This document shows positions 49,245-60,510 of a stretch of DNA of 64,000 bases, piece by piece. The stretch covers positions 1,880,306-1,944,305 of the forward strand of contig NC_057754.1 of assembly GCF_004010195.1 (NCBI RefSeq). Reading direction: 5' to 3'. Made by a program: the position numbers and the translations under genes. Under the pieces are notes generated by a model, which saw nothing but the letters and a program-made list of their open reading frames with translations, ran no database searches and was not told where the DNA came from. This stretch comes from Chiloscyllium plagiosum (lineage: Eukaryota). How positions within the stretch are numbered: the first letter of the stretch is position 1; the number at the start of each line of letters is the position of its first letter.

Positions 49245-50050
49245 CCAAAAGAGAAAATGCTGGAAAATCTCAGCAGGTCTGGCAGCATCTGTAAGGAGAG
49301 AAAAGAGCTGACGTTTTGAGTCTAACTGACCCTTTGTCAAAGCTAAAAAAAGGGGAGAAATGAGGGAGGTATTTATACGTGGCTGAGAGAAGGTGAGTCA
49401 TGGCTCCAGAAGCAAAGAGATGATAATGACAGTGCATAGAGAGATTATAGGGAGATTAGGAGCTGTGAATGACCAAGGCTGAAGCCAGTGCTGTGTAACA
49501 AAATATGTGGGGGATGGGGGGGAGGGATGAAGCAGAGGCAAAATGGAAAACAGGGGAGAAGGGTAGCAAAGGGGGAAGAGGAGAGAAAAAGGTGATGAGA
49601 GTGTGGGGAGCGAGAGAAAGAGAGACAATCAAGAAATAAGAGGTACAGAACAGTGAAAAAGAAATTTAAAGAAAATAAATGAAATAAAATTATCTGAAGT
49701 TGTTGAATTCAATGTTGAGACCAGCAGGCTGTAACGTGCCTAGTTGGAAGATGAGATGCTGTCCCTCCAGTTTGCATTGAGCTTCACTGGAACATTGCAG
49801 CAGGCGAAGGACAGACATGTGGGCATGGGAGCCTGATTGTGTGTTGAAGTGGCAAGCCACGGGAAGGTCCGGGATCTGATTGCATACAGACCGAAGGTGC
49901 TCAGCAAAGCGATCACCCAGTCGGCGTTTTGTCTCTCCGATATAGAGGAGACCACATTGGGAGCAACGAATGCAATAGACCAGATTGAAAGAGGTACAAT
50001 GAAACACTGCTTAATCTGAAATGAGTGTTTGGGGCCTTGGATGGTGAGCC
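49245..50050 (-). mobile_element. Penelope-like element 3' part with open GIY-YIG domain
   Basis: ORF 49690-50007 NLVYCIRCSQCGLLYIGETKRRLGDRFAEHLRSV...LGTLQPAGLNIEFNNFR; pLTR with gggtc-agtta-gactc stem at ~49309-49341. Confidence 0.92.
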
Positions 50051-51694
50051 TAATTATTTTCCCCATAATTCAGGCCTTAAACAATGGGGATCAGTGGCTC
50101 TTCTCTTTAGTTCTTTTATTGGCTTTGAATGCCTCTTTTATCTCTCAAGGAATAGAACTAATATTTGAAGTGTGCTCTGACTAGGATGCTGTGATTTCTT
50201 TATGCTTACAGTTTTTGCCAATTAAATCAATATACTAATTTATTTATTGGTCATTTGTCCCAGTACCTCTTACACGGTTTGGAGTCGAATTTTGTTTAAT
50301 AATGCTACTGTCGAGCACTCTGGTATGCTTTACCTAACTGCTTTCAACAAATAGCAGTTGTTGCTGACAACTTCAATAGCATTGCTAAAAGCTTCAGAAA
50401 TTTTCATGAGATTATTAACTATGTCTTCAAAATTATGCGCATCACATAACTTTGAAAAAGTCACTAAAGCTTTTTATCTGGGTTTCTATAAATTTTATCC
50501 ATTGATACGAAGACAATAAATCAATAATCTAGACAATGTGAACCAAACAATTTGCTAATCAGTTAGCTACACATTTATACTGTGGCCTCTATGCATTGAT
50601 GATAGCCAAGAGACAAAACTTATATCATTAATTAAGGGCATCTTTACAAAATATGCCTAGAGCAGTGAAGACTGACCGGCATTGAAAGGACTGGGAGGGA
50701 CAGTCTGGAACAACATTCTTCTGCTGTCTACAACCTATGTTCTTCTGCAGTGTTAGAATGGAAAAACTGACTATGTGCTCTAAAGAAAGAAAGACTTGCA
50801 TCTCTAAAGCACTTTGCTGTGATCAATAAAAGATTTTTCAAATGTGGGCACTTTGCAGGAAATACATTTGGACACAGCAAGCTCTCACAAACAGAAATCT
50901 CATAATGACCAGATAATTGTCAGCCAAGTCAGTCAATGAGATAGAAACTAAGGCAACTCTGTTAATGGAGTTGATTAATTACTCAGTTTTACAGCTCCTT
51001 CCCCACACCTAGTTCCTCCTTTGTATACATTTTCAAACCAACCTGCTTGGTGATGTTATTACATACCTCTGGAGCAGGTGCAACTTGAATTTGAATATTG
51101 GCCTCCTGCTGCAGAGATAGGAACACTATCACCATGCCACAAGAGCCCTAGATCCCTCTTTGTTTTTTTCTTCTTCACACACCGCATGTTCCATCAACAG
51201 TGAGATATTTTCAACCGGTTCAAGGATGTCATTATATAGCTCTGGAGCTGTTGTGTCTTGAACCTGGGCAATTTCCCTTGTTTTTAACATATCCAGAAGC
51301 TCTCTTATGCACATTGAACAAACCAAACATTTTTTTTCAGTACCAGATCACCCATGGTATTTGTTTTAATCTATTGACACCACAATTACTCCTTTACATA
51401 TACCCAGTCAATTAATTAAACAAGTAACCCAATTCAGCTGCTTAAGTATGTCATATTAACAGATTTCCTTTTATCTTTTTCATATGAAGACTTGAGAAGC
51501 TACACTGCCACTTCTTAAACAAAACGAACTTACCGTATAATGCAACTAGTAATAAAATGTTTTTTTGTCATTCACTGTTATACTGTCAATCTCCCATATT
51601 CCCCTTTCTTTGAACAAAAAAAACACATTTAACCACAGTGACCCAAACAAAAATTAAATTATTTCATTTTATTGTAGAATTCCTCATACCACCA

Positions 51695-52340
51695 AGCCTC
51701 CATAATTATAAAATGCTTCAAGAGGTTATTCACGGCTCACATCAACTCCAGCCTACCAAATTGCCCTGATTCTTTGCAATTCGCCAACTGGTGCAATGGG
51801 TCCATGGCAGATGTCATCTCCCTGGCCCTACATTCATTCATCCCTGGAACATCTGGATAATAAGGTTAGCTATGTCAGGCTTCTAGGCGAAAAGTGAGGA
51901 CTGCAGATGCTGGAGATTAGAGTTGATAGTGTGGTGCTGGAAAACCACAGCAGGTCAGGCAGCATCCGAGGAGCAGGAGAATCGATGATTCGGGCAAAAG
52001 TCCTTTGTCAGGCTTCTCCTTATTGATTACAACACTATAATTCCAAACAGACTTATCTTCAAACTCTGAGACCTAGGTCTCAGCTCCCCCCTCTGTAACT
52101 AGATCCTTGACTACCAGACCAATAGACCGCAATTAGTAAAAATAATCGACAACACCTCCACACCGGTGACGCATGAGGTTGTGTACTCAGGCCCCTTCTG
52201 TACTCCTTGTACACTCACGACTACATGGCCAAATTCTGCCCCAACTCCATTTACAAGTTTGCTGATGACACCAACATCCTTGGTGGGATCTCAAACAATA
52301 ACGAGACAGAATACAGGAAAGAGATAGAGTGCTTAGTGAC
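51695..52340 (+). mobile_element. Rex1/Babar-type LINE RT fragment
   Basis: KCFKRLFTAHINSSLP..LQFA..ADVISLAL..LEHLDNKVSYVRLLLIDY..NTIIP..GCVLRPLLYSLYTHDY..YKFADDT. Confidence 0.8.
51885..52005 (-). mobile_element. Solo Penelope pLTR (~120 bp) inserted in the Rex1-like LINE
   Basis: Exact 12-bp TSD tgtcaggcttct (51873-51884, 52006-52017); same family as 44485 and 60296. Confidence 0.85.
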
Positions 52341-52342
52341 AT

Positions 52343-52598
52343 TGGAACAGGCCCTTTGGCCCAACAAGTCCACACTGACCCTCTGAAGAGTAACCCACCC
52401 AGACCCATTTCCCTCTGACTAATGCATTTTGGGCAGTTTAGCTTGGCCAGTTCACCTGACCTGCACATCTTTGGATTGTGGGAGGAAAATGAAGGAGCCA
52501 GAGGAAACCCACGCAGACAGCCATCCAAGGCTGGAATTGAACCTGTGTTCTTGGCACTGTCAGGCAGCAGTGCTAACCACTGAGCCACTGTGCCATAC
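52343..52598 (-). mobile_element. HE1-type V-SINE
   Basis: Same head, V-domain and tail as 28225-28549. Confidence 0.85.
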
Positions 52599-55259
52599 CT
52601 GGGGAATGAAATTGCTATTGTACTAGAATCCTGATGTGTGTTAGAAGATCTAACACATTGTTAAGGCAACACAGGAGAAGATTTACTTTGCATACAATTA
52701 ATGCTCTCATGCTATTATAATCATTAAGCTTGTTTAAACTATCATCACCTATACAATACTAGAGGTGATGGAGGGGACGGTGGGGGAGTGGGATTACACT
52801 TATTGTCATGTTGTGCATCGTTTTAACACACAACTGGTGACAAATATTATTGTTTCTGTTCCAACAAACATTCAATAGATTAGAAACACTGACTCCTAAA
52901 CACAACTCTATTGAATTTGTAACAAGACTGCTGAGTGTTTTACAAAGGTGGAGAAAATGTACATTGCACCATTATGCTTAATTGAAATCTAACTGATAAA
53001 ATTGCTGATCTGAATGTGGAAATGATTGACACTTAAGGGCAAGCATTTGGTGAGTGCTGGAGTGTTCTCATTTGGCCGCTGTTTGTGGAAGGTGGAATTA
53101 GTTCTTGGCCTTAAAATCATTGGCATTTCTGTCTGTGGTTCTTTTCTGTACTTCCTTCTGCTAACAGGTGTTCCCAAAAAATTGTGTCCCTTCATATAAG
53201 AGCTTCCTCCCAACTGGTTTCTTCTGAACGAGGGCCTCCCATACATTCCCTGAATTTGTTTAAGAAATCTTTTAAAATGTTTCCTTTGTCCTACTGTCAT
53301 TCAAATGCCTTCCTTGAGCTGGGAGAAGATGATCTGCTTTGGCAGATGTAACTCAGGCATCCTAAGCAGGTGTTTAGGTGTAGTGAATGCACGAACGAGA
53401 GCAATCATTCTGAATGGGCTTTCTCTTCAAAAGGACCAGTGCAAATGCTATGGCCCATTTGGCCTATATCTGTGTTGCATGTGGTGTGATTCTATGATCA
53501 GACATGCTAATAGTTGTAAAGAAACTGGAGCATACCTTAGCAAATGGAGACTACACTGCTTATGAATAAACAAATGAAATAACAATTGAATATGTTAATT
53601 CATTTGTTAAAATATTTTAGGTTACATAGATGGACATCTGAATATGCTGAATATTCCTCGTGCAGAATGGCATGAAGATGAGCTGAAAATAATAATTGAA
53701 AATTGAGAGTAATTTTCCTGCAGAATTTAGAATCTTTAAGCAAATATACTGTTCCAAGATTTTTAATATAAAAAAACTCTATGACAATATAAATACATTT
53801 TACTTGCTGATAACAACAACTCTTTCCCACCATAGATTAAGAGCTGTATATTCCTAACCTGTTCGTTGGTGATCGTTTTTTTATTTTTGGACACAGTGAA
53901 AGCCTTATAAAATATTAAAACTGCATTTATCTTGTTTTTCTTTACTCATTTTTTTTGCTTTGTTATTTAGTATTGTCCTTGGTAAGTTCACGACACTGAT
54001 GTATGACAGCTAACCCAATTAGTGAGCTCCTGAAAGTACATAGAGCTCACTTACTACCTACTGTGTGCTAGGCATCTTCTTAGTAGTGATGGTTATGGGT
54101 TTATGGCTTTCAATGCTACAAGGTAGTTTAGAATTGCTATTGACATGAGTGTAAGGTGATTGCTTCCACTACACAATCCTGTAAGGAGGGTGCCTTACTA
54201 AATCTACTGACTTATATAAGCTTTGTATGCATGAAGTCTTTCTCTCCGATTTTCTGTTATACTTTGCAATCAGTTTGATGCCTCTACACCTGCAGTGGGA
54301 ATGGCTTCTGTCTGTGTTGACCCTGCCAGGGTGACCAACATTGGGGGAATAAAAAAACAAAGGATTATCAAAGGAGTTGAGGAGTGCTTTTCTGGAACAA
54401 AAATTGCATCTTTACTGCCAAATATATCGTTATTATCAAAACAGTATATTGTTGTGAATTATATGTTACAGGACAATTGCAATGTGCTCAGCCTTTCATT
54501 CATAATTTAAAAGAAATAAGGGAGATTGGGCTGTCTGCTGTTGGTTTCCCTTATTCACATTTCCAAGATTTGTGCTGTGGGATGGGATGCTGATGGGAAT
54601 CTTTGGTATGTGCTGGAAGGCAATAGGGTTGGAAATTGACTTTACCCAGTGTAATTTTAGAAATTGATTACCAGCAATGAAACTGAATTGCTATGAAATT
54701 CAGTTTTATTGCAGCCAAATTAATATTACTGTTCGAAGTGATTTGATTTATGCATAGATTGCCATCAAAAAGCTTAAAAAGATATGAAGTGTTCAGAAAG
54801 GAGGACATCCATTTACACTGTGTCTTTCAGAATGTTCCAATGTGTGTTCCAGCCGATCTGATCAATGGTGAAATGTAGGAGGAACATATATAACTCCTGC
54901 CACAAAAATAAAGCTGAAGAATGTTTTGAACATGGAGTATTGTAAAAGAAAGTTGCATTTGTTGAAGCTTTTCGTCTTATACTTATCAGGACATTCACGC
55001 GAATACTAGTGAACAAGATTTTTATTCTGCATGAGAACAGGGTGCTGATTGGTAGAGGGATTGCCATGGAAAATGTACCCAGTCGATGATGACTGACATT
55101 TAGCTCCCAAGTTGTGTTTAAGTTTGAAAGAGGTAGGTTGGCTTTGATTCTGTTGCAGTTGTAACATGTGAGAACCGTGCAGTCCGCAGTGACAGTGTTT
55201 AATGTATAATTGGTGGTGTAGACTTAATGAGCCAAAAAGGCATCTTCACTACTGTGTAG

Positions 55260-55560
55260 GCTGTTCAGAGTTGATGAGCTGGAGTCTGAGCTGCAGACAC
55301 TGCAACACATCAAGGAGAGGGAAGAATTACCTGAATACTGTATTTCAGGAGGTAGTCAGACTCCTTAGATTCACAATACAAAATGTGGTCCATGATCAAG
55401 GACAGAAGGGTGTGACAGCAAGTGCATTAGGTATTGGGATCCTGAATATAGCTTCCTAGGAGCCTCAGCTAGTGCCCTTATTCATTAAGTATGAGGTTCT
55501 TGCTCCTGGTATGGACAGACAGTGCAGGTAAGATGAGCAAACAGCTTAAAGATATTTGCT
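55260..55560 (+). mobile_element. CR1 ORF1 N-terminal fragment
   Basis: FRVDELESELQTLQHIKE..YLNTVFQEVV coiled-coil region recalled from CR1 ORF1. Confidence 0.55.
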
Positions 55561-58325
55561 CGCCATATCACATGAATAAAGAGGGAAAGTTGAAGCAAAA
55601 TGATCCTGATGTCAAGGTGACCATCTCGCCTGATTCTGCCACTTATCTTGCCATTGCTAGTGTTGGTTAGATCTTGGTAAGATTCCATCCAAATATTTTT
55701 TATCACATATTGTAACATGGATTTCAGTGACTTTAGAGCAAGTCATTGAAGTGATCCTGTTCAATGCACCACACATCATCCATGATGATGAAATTCAGAC
55801 TGTATCTACAATGATCCATAGCATTAGTATTACATCTGGCTATCAAGGAGAAAAGCTGTCTGATTAAACAATATCAAAACAATATCAAAGCTGTCTGATC
55901 AAAGAAAAACATGAAAACGCAAAAACAAAACGGCATCTGAATCTGTATGCATGGCAACAGAATTGGAAAATCACAAGACGTGCATTAGATCTACTGTGTT
56001 TTATTGAGATTGACAGTTAATCTCAAATCCTTTATATTCACTCTTCAGCGATTTCAATTATGCAGACTAATTTGTGGCAGAAATTATTTTTGAGGTAAGA
56101 ATATGAATTTGAGATGTTTGAGAAAAACATTAGTTTGAAACAAATGGAAAAGATGTTGCTAGCCCTTGGACAAACGGTGGGATTGAACTGTGCAAGGATC
56201 ACTCCTCACATTCTGTCTGTGCTGGGGATTTAAAAGCAATCTATTGCTCTCTGTGATTCAGTGAAAATAATAAAAACAATATTGTTGCAATTTTTAAAAA
56301 AATCTGAGCAACACTTATTGTCCTGGCTGTTTCTGGACTCTGGCATCTCATCAGGAGGATAGGATAATAGCAGTAATCTTTAGAGTGAGAATATGACGGA
56401 GCCCTGACTCTGAAGCACTGATTAGATGTGAGAGCTGGTGATAGTGAAACAAATGTTTAACCTCCATCAGGTTTATATTCTGCTGCAGTTTGGTTTCGTG
56501 TCTCTTGCAGTTGTTCATTTCTGAATCGCGATTACTTAGAGTTATAGAGTCATATAGCACGGAAACAGACCCCTTGGTCCTACTCATCCATGCAACCAGA
56601 CATCCAATCTGACCTAGTCTCATTTGCCAGCAGTTGACTCATATTACTAAATCCTTCCTATTCATATGCACATCCAGATGCCTTTTAAATGTTGTACCTG
56701 TCTCCACCGGTTCGTCTGGCAACTTGTTCCATACACACACCACCATCTGCATTGACAAAGTTACCCCTTGGATCCTTTGCAAGTCTTTTCCCTCTCACCT
56801 TAAATATATGCCCTCTAGTTCTGGACTCCACCATCCTCGGAAAAAGACCTTGGCTATTCACCCTATCCATGTCCCTCATGATTTTATAAACCTCTATAAG
56901 GTCACCCCTCATCCTCTGATGCTCCAGGGAAAAAAGCCCCAGCCTATTCAGCCTCTCTGTCTATAGTTTAAATCCTCCAGTCCCAGCAACATTCTTGAGA
57001 ATCTCTCAAGTTTAACAACATCTTTTCTAAAGAAGGATGACTCGAATTGTATGCAGTATTTCAAAAGTGGCCTCATCAATATCCTTACAGCTACACCATG
57101 GTGTCCCAACTCCTATACTCCATGTTCTGACTGACAAAGGCAAGTGTACCAAATGCCTTCTTCGCCACCCTGTCTATCTGCAATTTCACCTTCACGGAAC
57201 TCTGCACCTGCACCCCTAGGTCTGTTAGTTCGGCAACACTCCCCAGGGCCCTACCATTAGTTGTATTAGTCCTGCCCTGGTTTGCCTTACCAAAACACAA
57301 CACTTCACATTTATCTAGGTTAAGCTTCATCTGCCACTCCTCAGCCCACTGGACCATCTGATCAAGGTCCTGTTGTACTCTGAAATAATCTTCTTCACTG
57401 TGCACTAAGCCACCTACTTTGATGTCATCTGCAAACCTACTAACCATACCTCCTGTATTCACATCCAAATCATTTATATAAATGCCGAAAAGCAACACAC
57501 CTAGCATCGATTCTTGTGGTACATTGCTGGTCACAGGCCTCCATTCCGAAAACAATCTTTTGCCACCATTCTCTGTCTCCTACCTTCAAGCCAATTTTGT
57601 ATCCAATTGGATCCAATGTGGTCTAACTTCCTAACGAGTCTACCATGTGGAACCTTGTTGAACACTTTTCTGAAGTCCAAATAGACAATGTCTACAACTC
57701 TGCCTTCATCAATCTTCTTTGTCACCTCTACAAAAAACTCAATCAAGTTAGTGAGACACAATTTCCCATGCTCAAAACCATATTGAATATCCCAAATCAG
57801 TCCTTGCCTTTCCAAATGCATGTAAGTCCTACCCTTCATTATCCCCTCAAACAACTTACCACTACTGACATAAGGCCCACTGGTTTATAGTTCCCTGACT
57901 TTTCCTTAGCACCTTTCATAAATAATGACATCTCACTAGCCAATCTCCAGTCTTCTGGTACCTCATCTGTGGCTGTTGATGATACAAGTATCTCACCAAG
58001 AGGTCCAGTAATCTCTTCCCCAGCATCCCACAAAGTTCTGGGAATCACCTCATCAGGTCCCAGGGATTTATCAACCCTTATGTATTTTAAGACCTCCAGG
58101 ACTTCCTCTTCGGTAATGTGTACTATTTTCGAGACATCATTATTTCCCCAAGTTCCCTAGCTAGCATATACTTTTCCACAGTAAATACTGATGTGAAATA
58201 TTCATTTAGTATCTCACCCACCTCCTGTGGTTCATCACATAAACAATCACATTCATCTTTAAGGAGCCCTATTCTCTCCCTAATTATTCATTTTGGTCCT
58301 TAATGTATTTATCTCTTCAGATTCT

Positions 58326-58538
58326 TAGAACATAGAACATTGAACATTACAATGCAGTACAGGCCCTTCAGCCCTCGATGTGCTGACCTGTGGAACCAAT
58401 CTGAAGTCCATCTAACCGACACTATTCCATTCTCATCCATATGCCTACCCAATGACCATTTAAATGTCCTTAAAGTTGGCGAGTCTATTACTGTTGCAGG
58501 CAGTGTGTTCCACGCCCCTATTACACTCTGAGTAAAGA
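58326..58538 (-). mobile_element. Short CR1 3' end nested in CR1
   Basis: FTQSVIGAWNTLPATV; tail tagaacatagaacattgaaca. Confidence 0.8.
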
Positions 58539-58659
58539 GTAGGTCAAGTTTTGGACCTTCTCTAGTAGGTACATCCACATACTGAATAAAAAAATTATCT
58601 TGTACAGACTTAACAAATTTCTCTCCATCCAAATCCTTAACACCCTGGCACATGTTATT

Positions 58660-58962
58660 TATTAGATTCTCTACAGTGTGGAAACAGGCTATTTGGCCTA
58701 ACAAGTCCACACCGATCCTCTGAAGAGTAACTCACCCCCCCTACATTTGCCCCTGACTAATGCACTTAACACTATGGGCAATTTAGCATGGCTAATTCAC
58801 CCGACCTGTTCATCTTTGGACTGTGGGAGGAAACGGTAGCAAACCAATGCAGACATGAGGAGAATGTGCAAGTTCCACACAGACAGTCACCAGAGGCAGG
58901 AATCGAACCCAGGTCCCTGGCGCTGTGAGATAATAGTGCTAACCACTGAGCCACTGTGCCAC
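58660..58962 (-). mobile_element. HE1-type V-SINE nested in CR1
   Basis: Head ggcacagtggctcagtggttagcact...ggttcgattcc (B-box); V-domain. Confidence 0.9.
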
Positions 58963-59774
58963 TCCAGCGCACATATCCCAGTCTACGTTTGGGAAGTTAA
59001 AATCCTGTACCATAACCACCCTGTCATCCTTACAGATATCTGAGATCTCCTTACAAATTTGCTTCTCAATTTCCTGCTGACTATAGAGGGGTCTATAGTC
59101 CAATCACAATAAGGTGATCATTCCTTTCTTATTTCTCAGTTCCACCCAATTGAACTCACTGGGCATACTGCCAGGAAAATCCTCCCTAAGTACAGCTGTA
59201 ATGTTATCCATAAACAAAACGACACTCCCCTTCCTCTCATATCCCCTTTTCTATCCTTCCTATCGCATCTATATCCTGGAACATTAAGTTGCCAGTCCTG
59301 TCCATCCCTGAGCCATGTTTCTGTAATATCTATGATATCCCACTCCCATGTTCCCTACCATGCTCTAGGTTAATTTGCCTTACCTATCAGGCCTCCCGCA
59401 TTGAAGTGAATGCGGTTTAATTTACTAGTTTTATCTTGTTCTCTACCAAGCTCTTGCCTGCCTTGACTATTATCCTGCTCCCTTTATCCACTGTGCCAGA
59501 CTCAGCCTTTTTCACTCACTATAGATGTGGTGACTACTCCCCCCTCACCTCCCCATGCCACTTACTAGTTTAAAGCCTTCAGAGTAGCACTAGCAAATCT
59601 CCCCACAAGGATATTTGGCCCCTTCCAATTCAGGTGGAACCTGAACCTCTTATACAGGTCATTTCTACCCCGAAGAGATTCCAGTGGTCCAAAAATGTGA
59701 ATCTTTGCCCCCTGCACCAGCCCCTCAGTCATGCATTATCCGTCAGTTCTTTGGCATGCTTTGTATTACTTCCA

Positions 59775-60140
59775 GGTTTATAAAATCATGAGGGGTTTGG
59801 TAGGGTGAATAACCCAGGTCTTTTTCCCAGGATCGGGGAGTCCAGAATTAGAAGGCATAGGTTTAAATTGAGAGGGGAAAGATATAAAAGGGACCTAATG
59901 GGCAACTTTTTCATCCAGAAGGTGGCGCATATATGGAATGAGCTACCAAAGGAAGTGGTGGTGGCTGGTACAATTACAACATTTAAAAGGCATCTGGATG
60001 GGTATATGAATAGGAAGGGTTTCGAGGGATACAAGGCCAAATGCTGGAAAATGGGACTAGGTCAGATTGAGTTGTCTGGTTGGTGTGGACGAGTTGGACC
60101 GAAGGATTTGTTTCCTTGCTGTATGAGTCTATGACCCTAT
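59775..60140 (+). mobile_element. CR1 3' end
   Basis: GLFPRIGESRIRRHRFKLRGERYKRDLMGNFFIQKVAHIWNELP. Confidence 0.9.
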
Positions 60141-60296
60141 ATTGGAGCAAGAGTAGGGTAAATAGCCCTTCAAATCACCATTCAATAAGGCTATGGCTGA
60201 TCTTGTACCTCAGCTATTCCTCCACACAATGTCCCCATATGTCTTAACTACCATTGGAATAAAGTCTTCAGATTTGAATGCCTAATGCCTAAGCAT

Positions 60297-60510
60297 GAAA
60301 ATGTGTTGCTGGAAAAGCGCCGCAGGTCAGGCAGCATCAAGGAGCAGGAGAATCGACATTTCGGGATGAGCCCTTCTTCAGGAATTCCTGAAGAAGGGCT
60401 CATGCCCAAAACATCGATTCTCCTGCTCCTTGGATGCTGCCTGACCTGCTGCTCTTTTCCAGCAACACATTTTCAGCTCTGATCGCCACCATCTGCAGTC
60501 CTCAGTTTCT
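60297..60510. mobile_element. Palindromic pLTR dimer carrying back-to-back hammerhead motifs
   Basis: Arms 60296-60384 and 60385-60475 centred on ggaa|ttcc; 16-bp direct flank cctaatgcctaagcat (60281-60296, 60511-60526); inserted in a minus CR1 fragment (~60140-60700). Confidence 0.9.

Larger units (their letters stand above)
56537..59740 (-). mobile_element. Long decayed CR1 LINE (ORF1 esterase end, APE, RT, 3' UTR) with two internal insertions
   Basis: Minus ORFs VPEDWRLA..KEKSGNYKPVGL, YLDFRKVFNKVPH, SRFADDIKVG, RGDLIEVYKIM; ORF1-like W C RGQ.F.FLDHW at ~59640-59740. Interrupted by a small CR1 (58326-58538) and a SINE (58660-58962). Confidence 0.92.

Noticed and set aside
55853..55905. 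Local duplications (aagctgtctgat, aacaatatcaa); also the 21-bp duplication at 3902-3943
   Set aside because: Ordinary replication slippage, with no further structure
60381..60388. EcoRI site at the palindrome centre as a cloning artefact
   Set aside because: The arms have diverged from each other, a TSD flanks the unit, and ttcc naturally precedes the pLTR core in other copies (e.g. 3080-3083)
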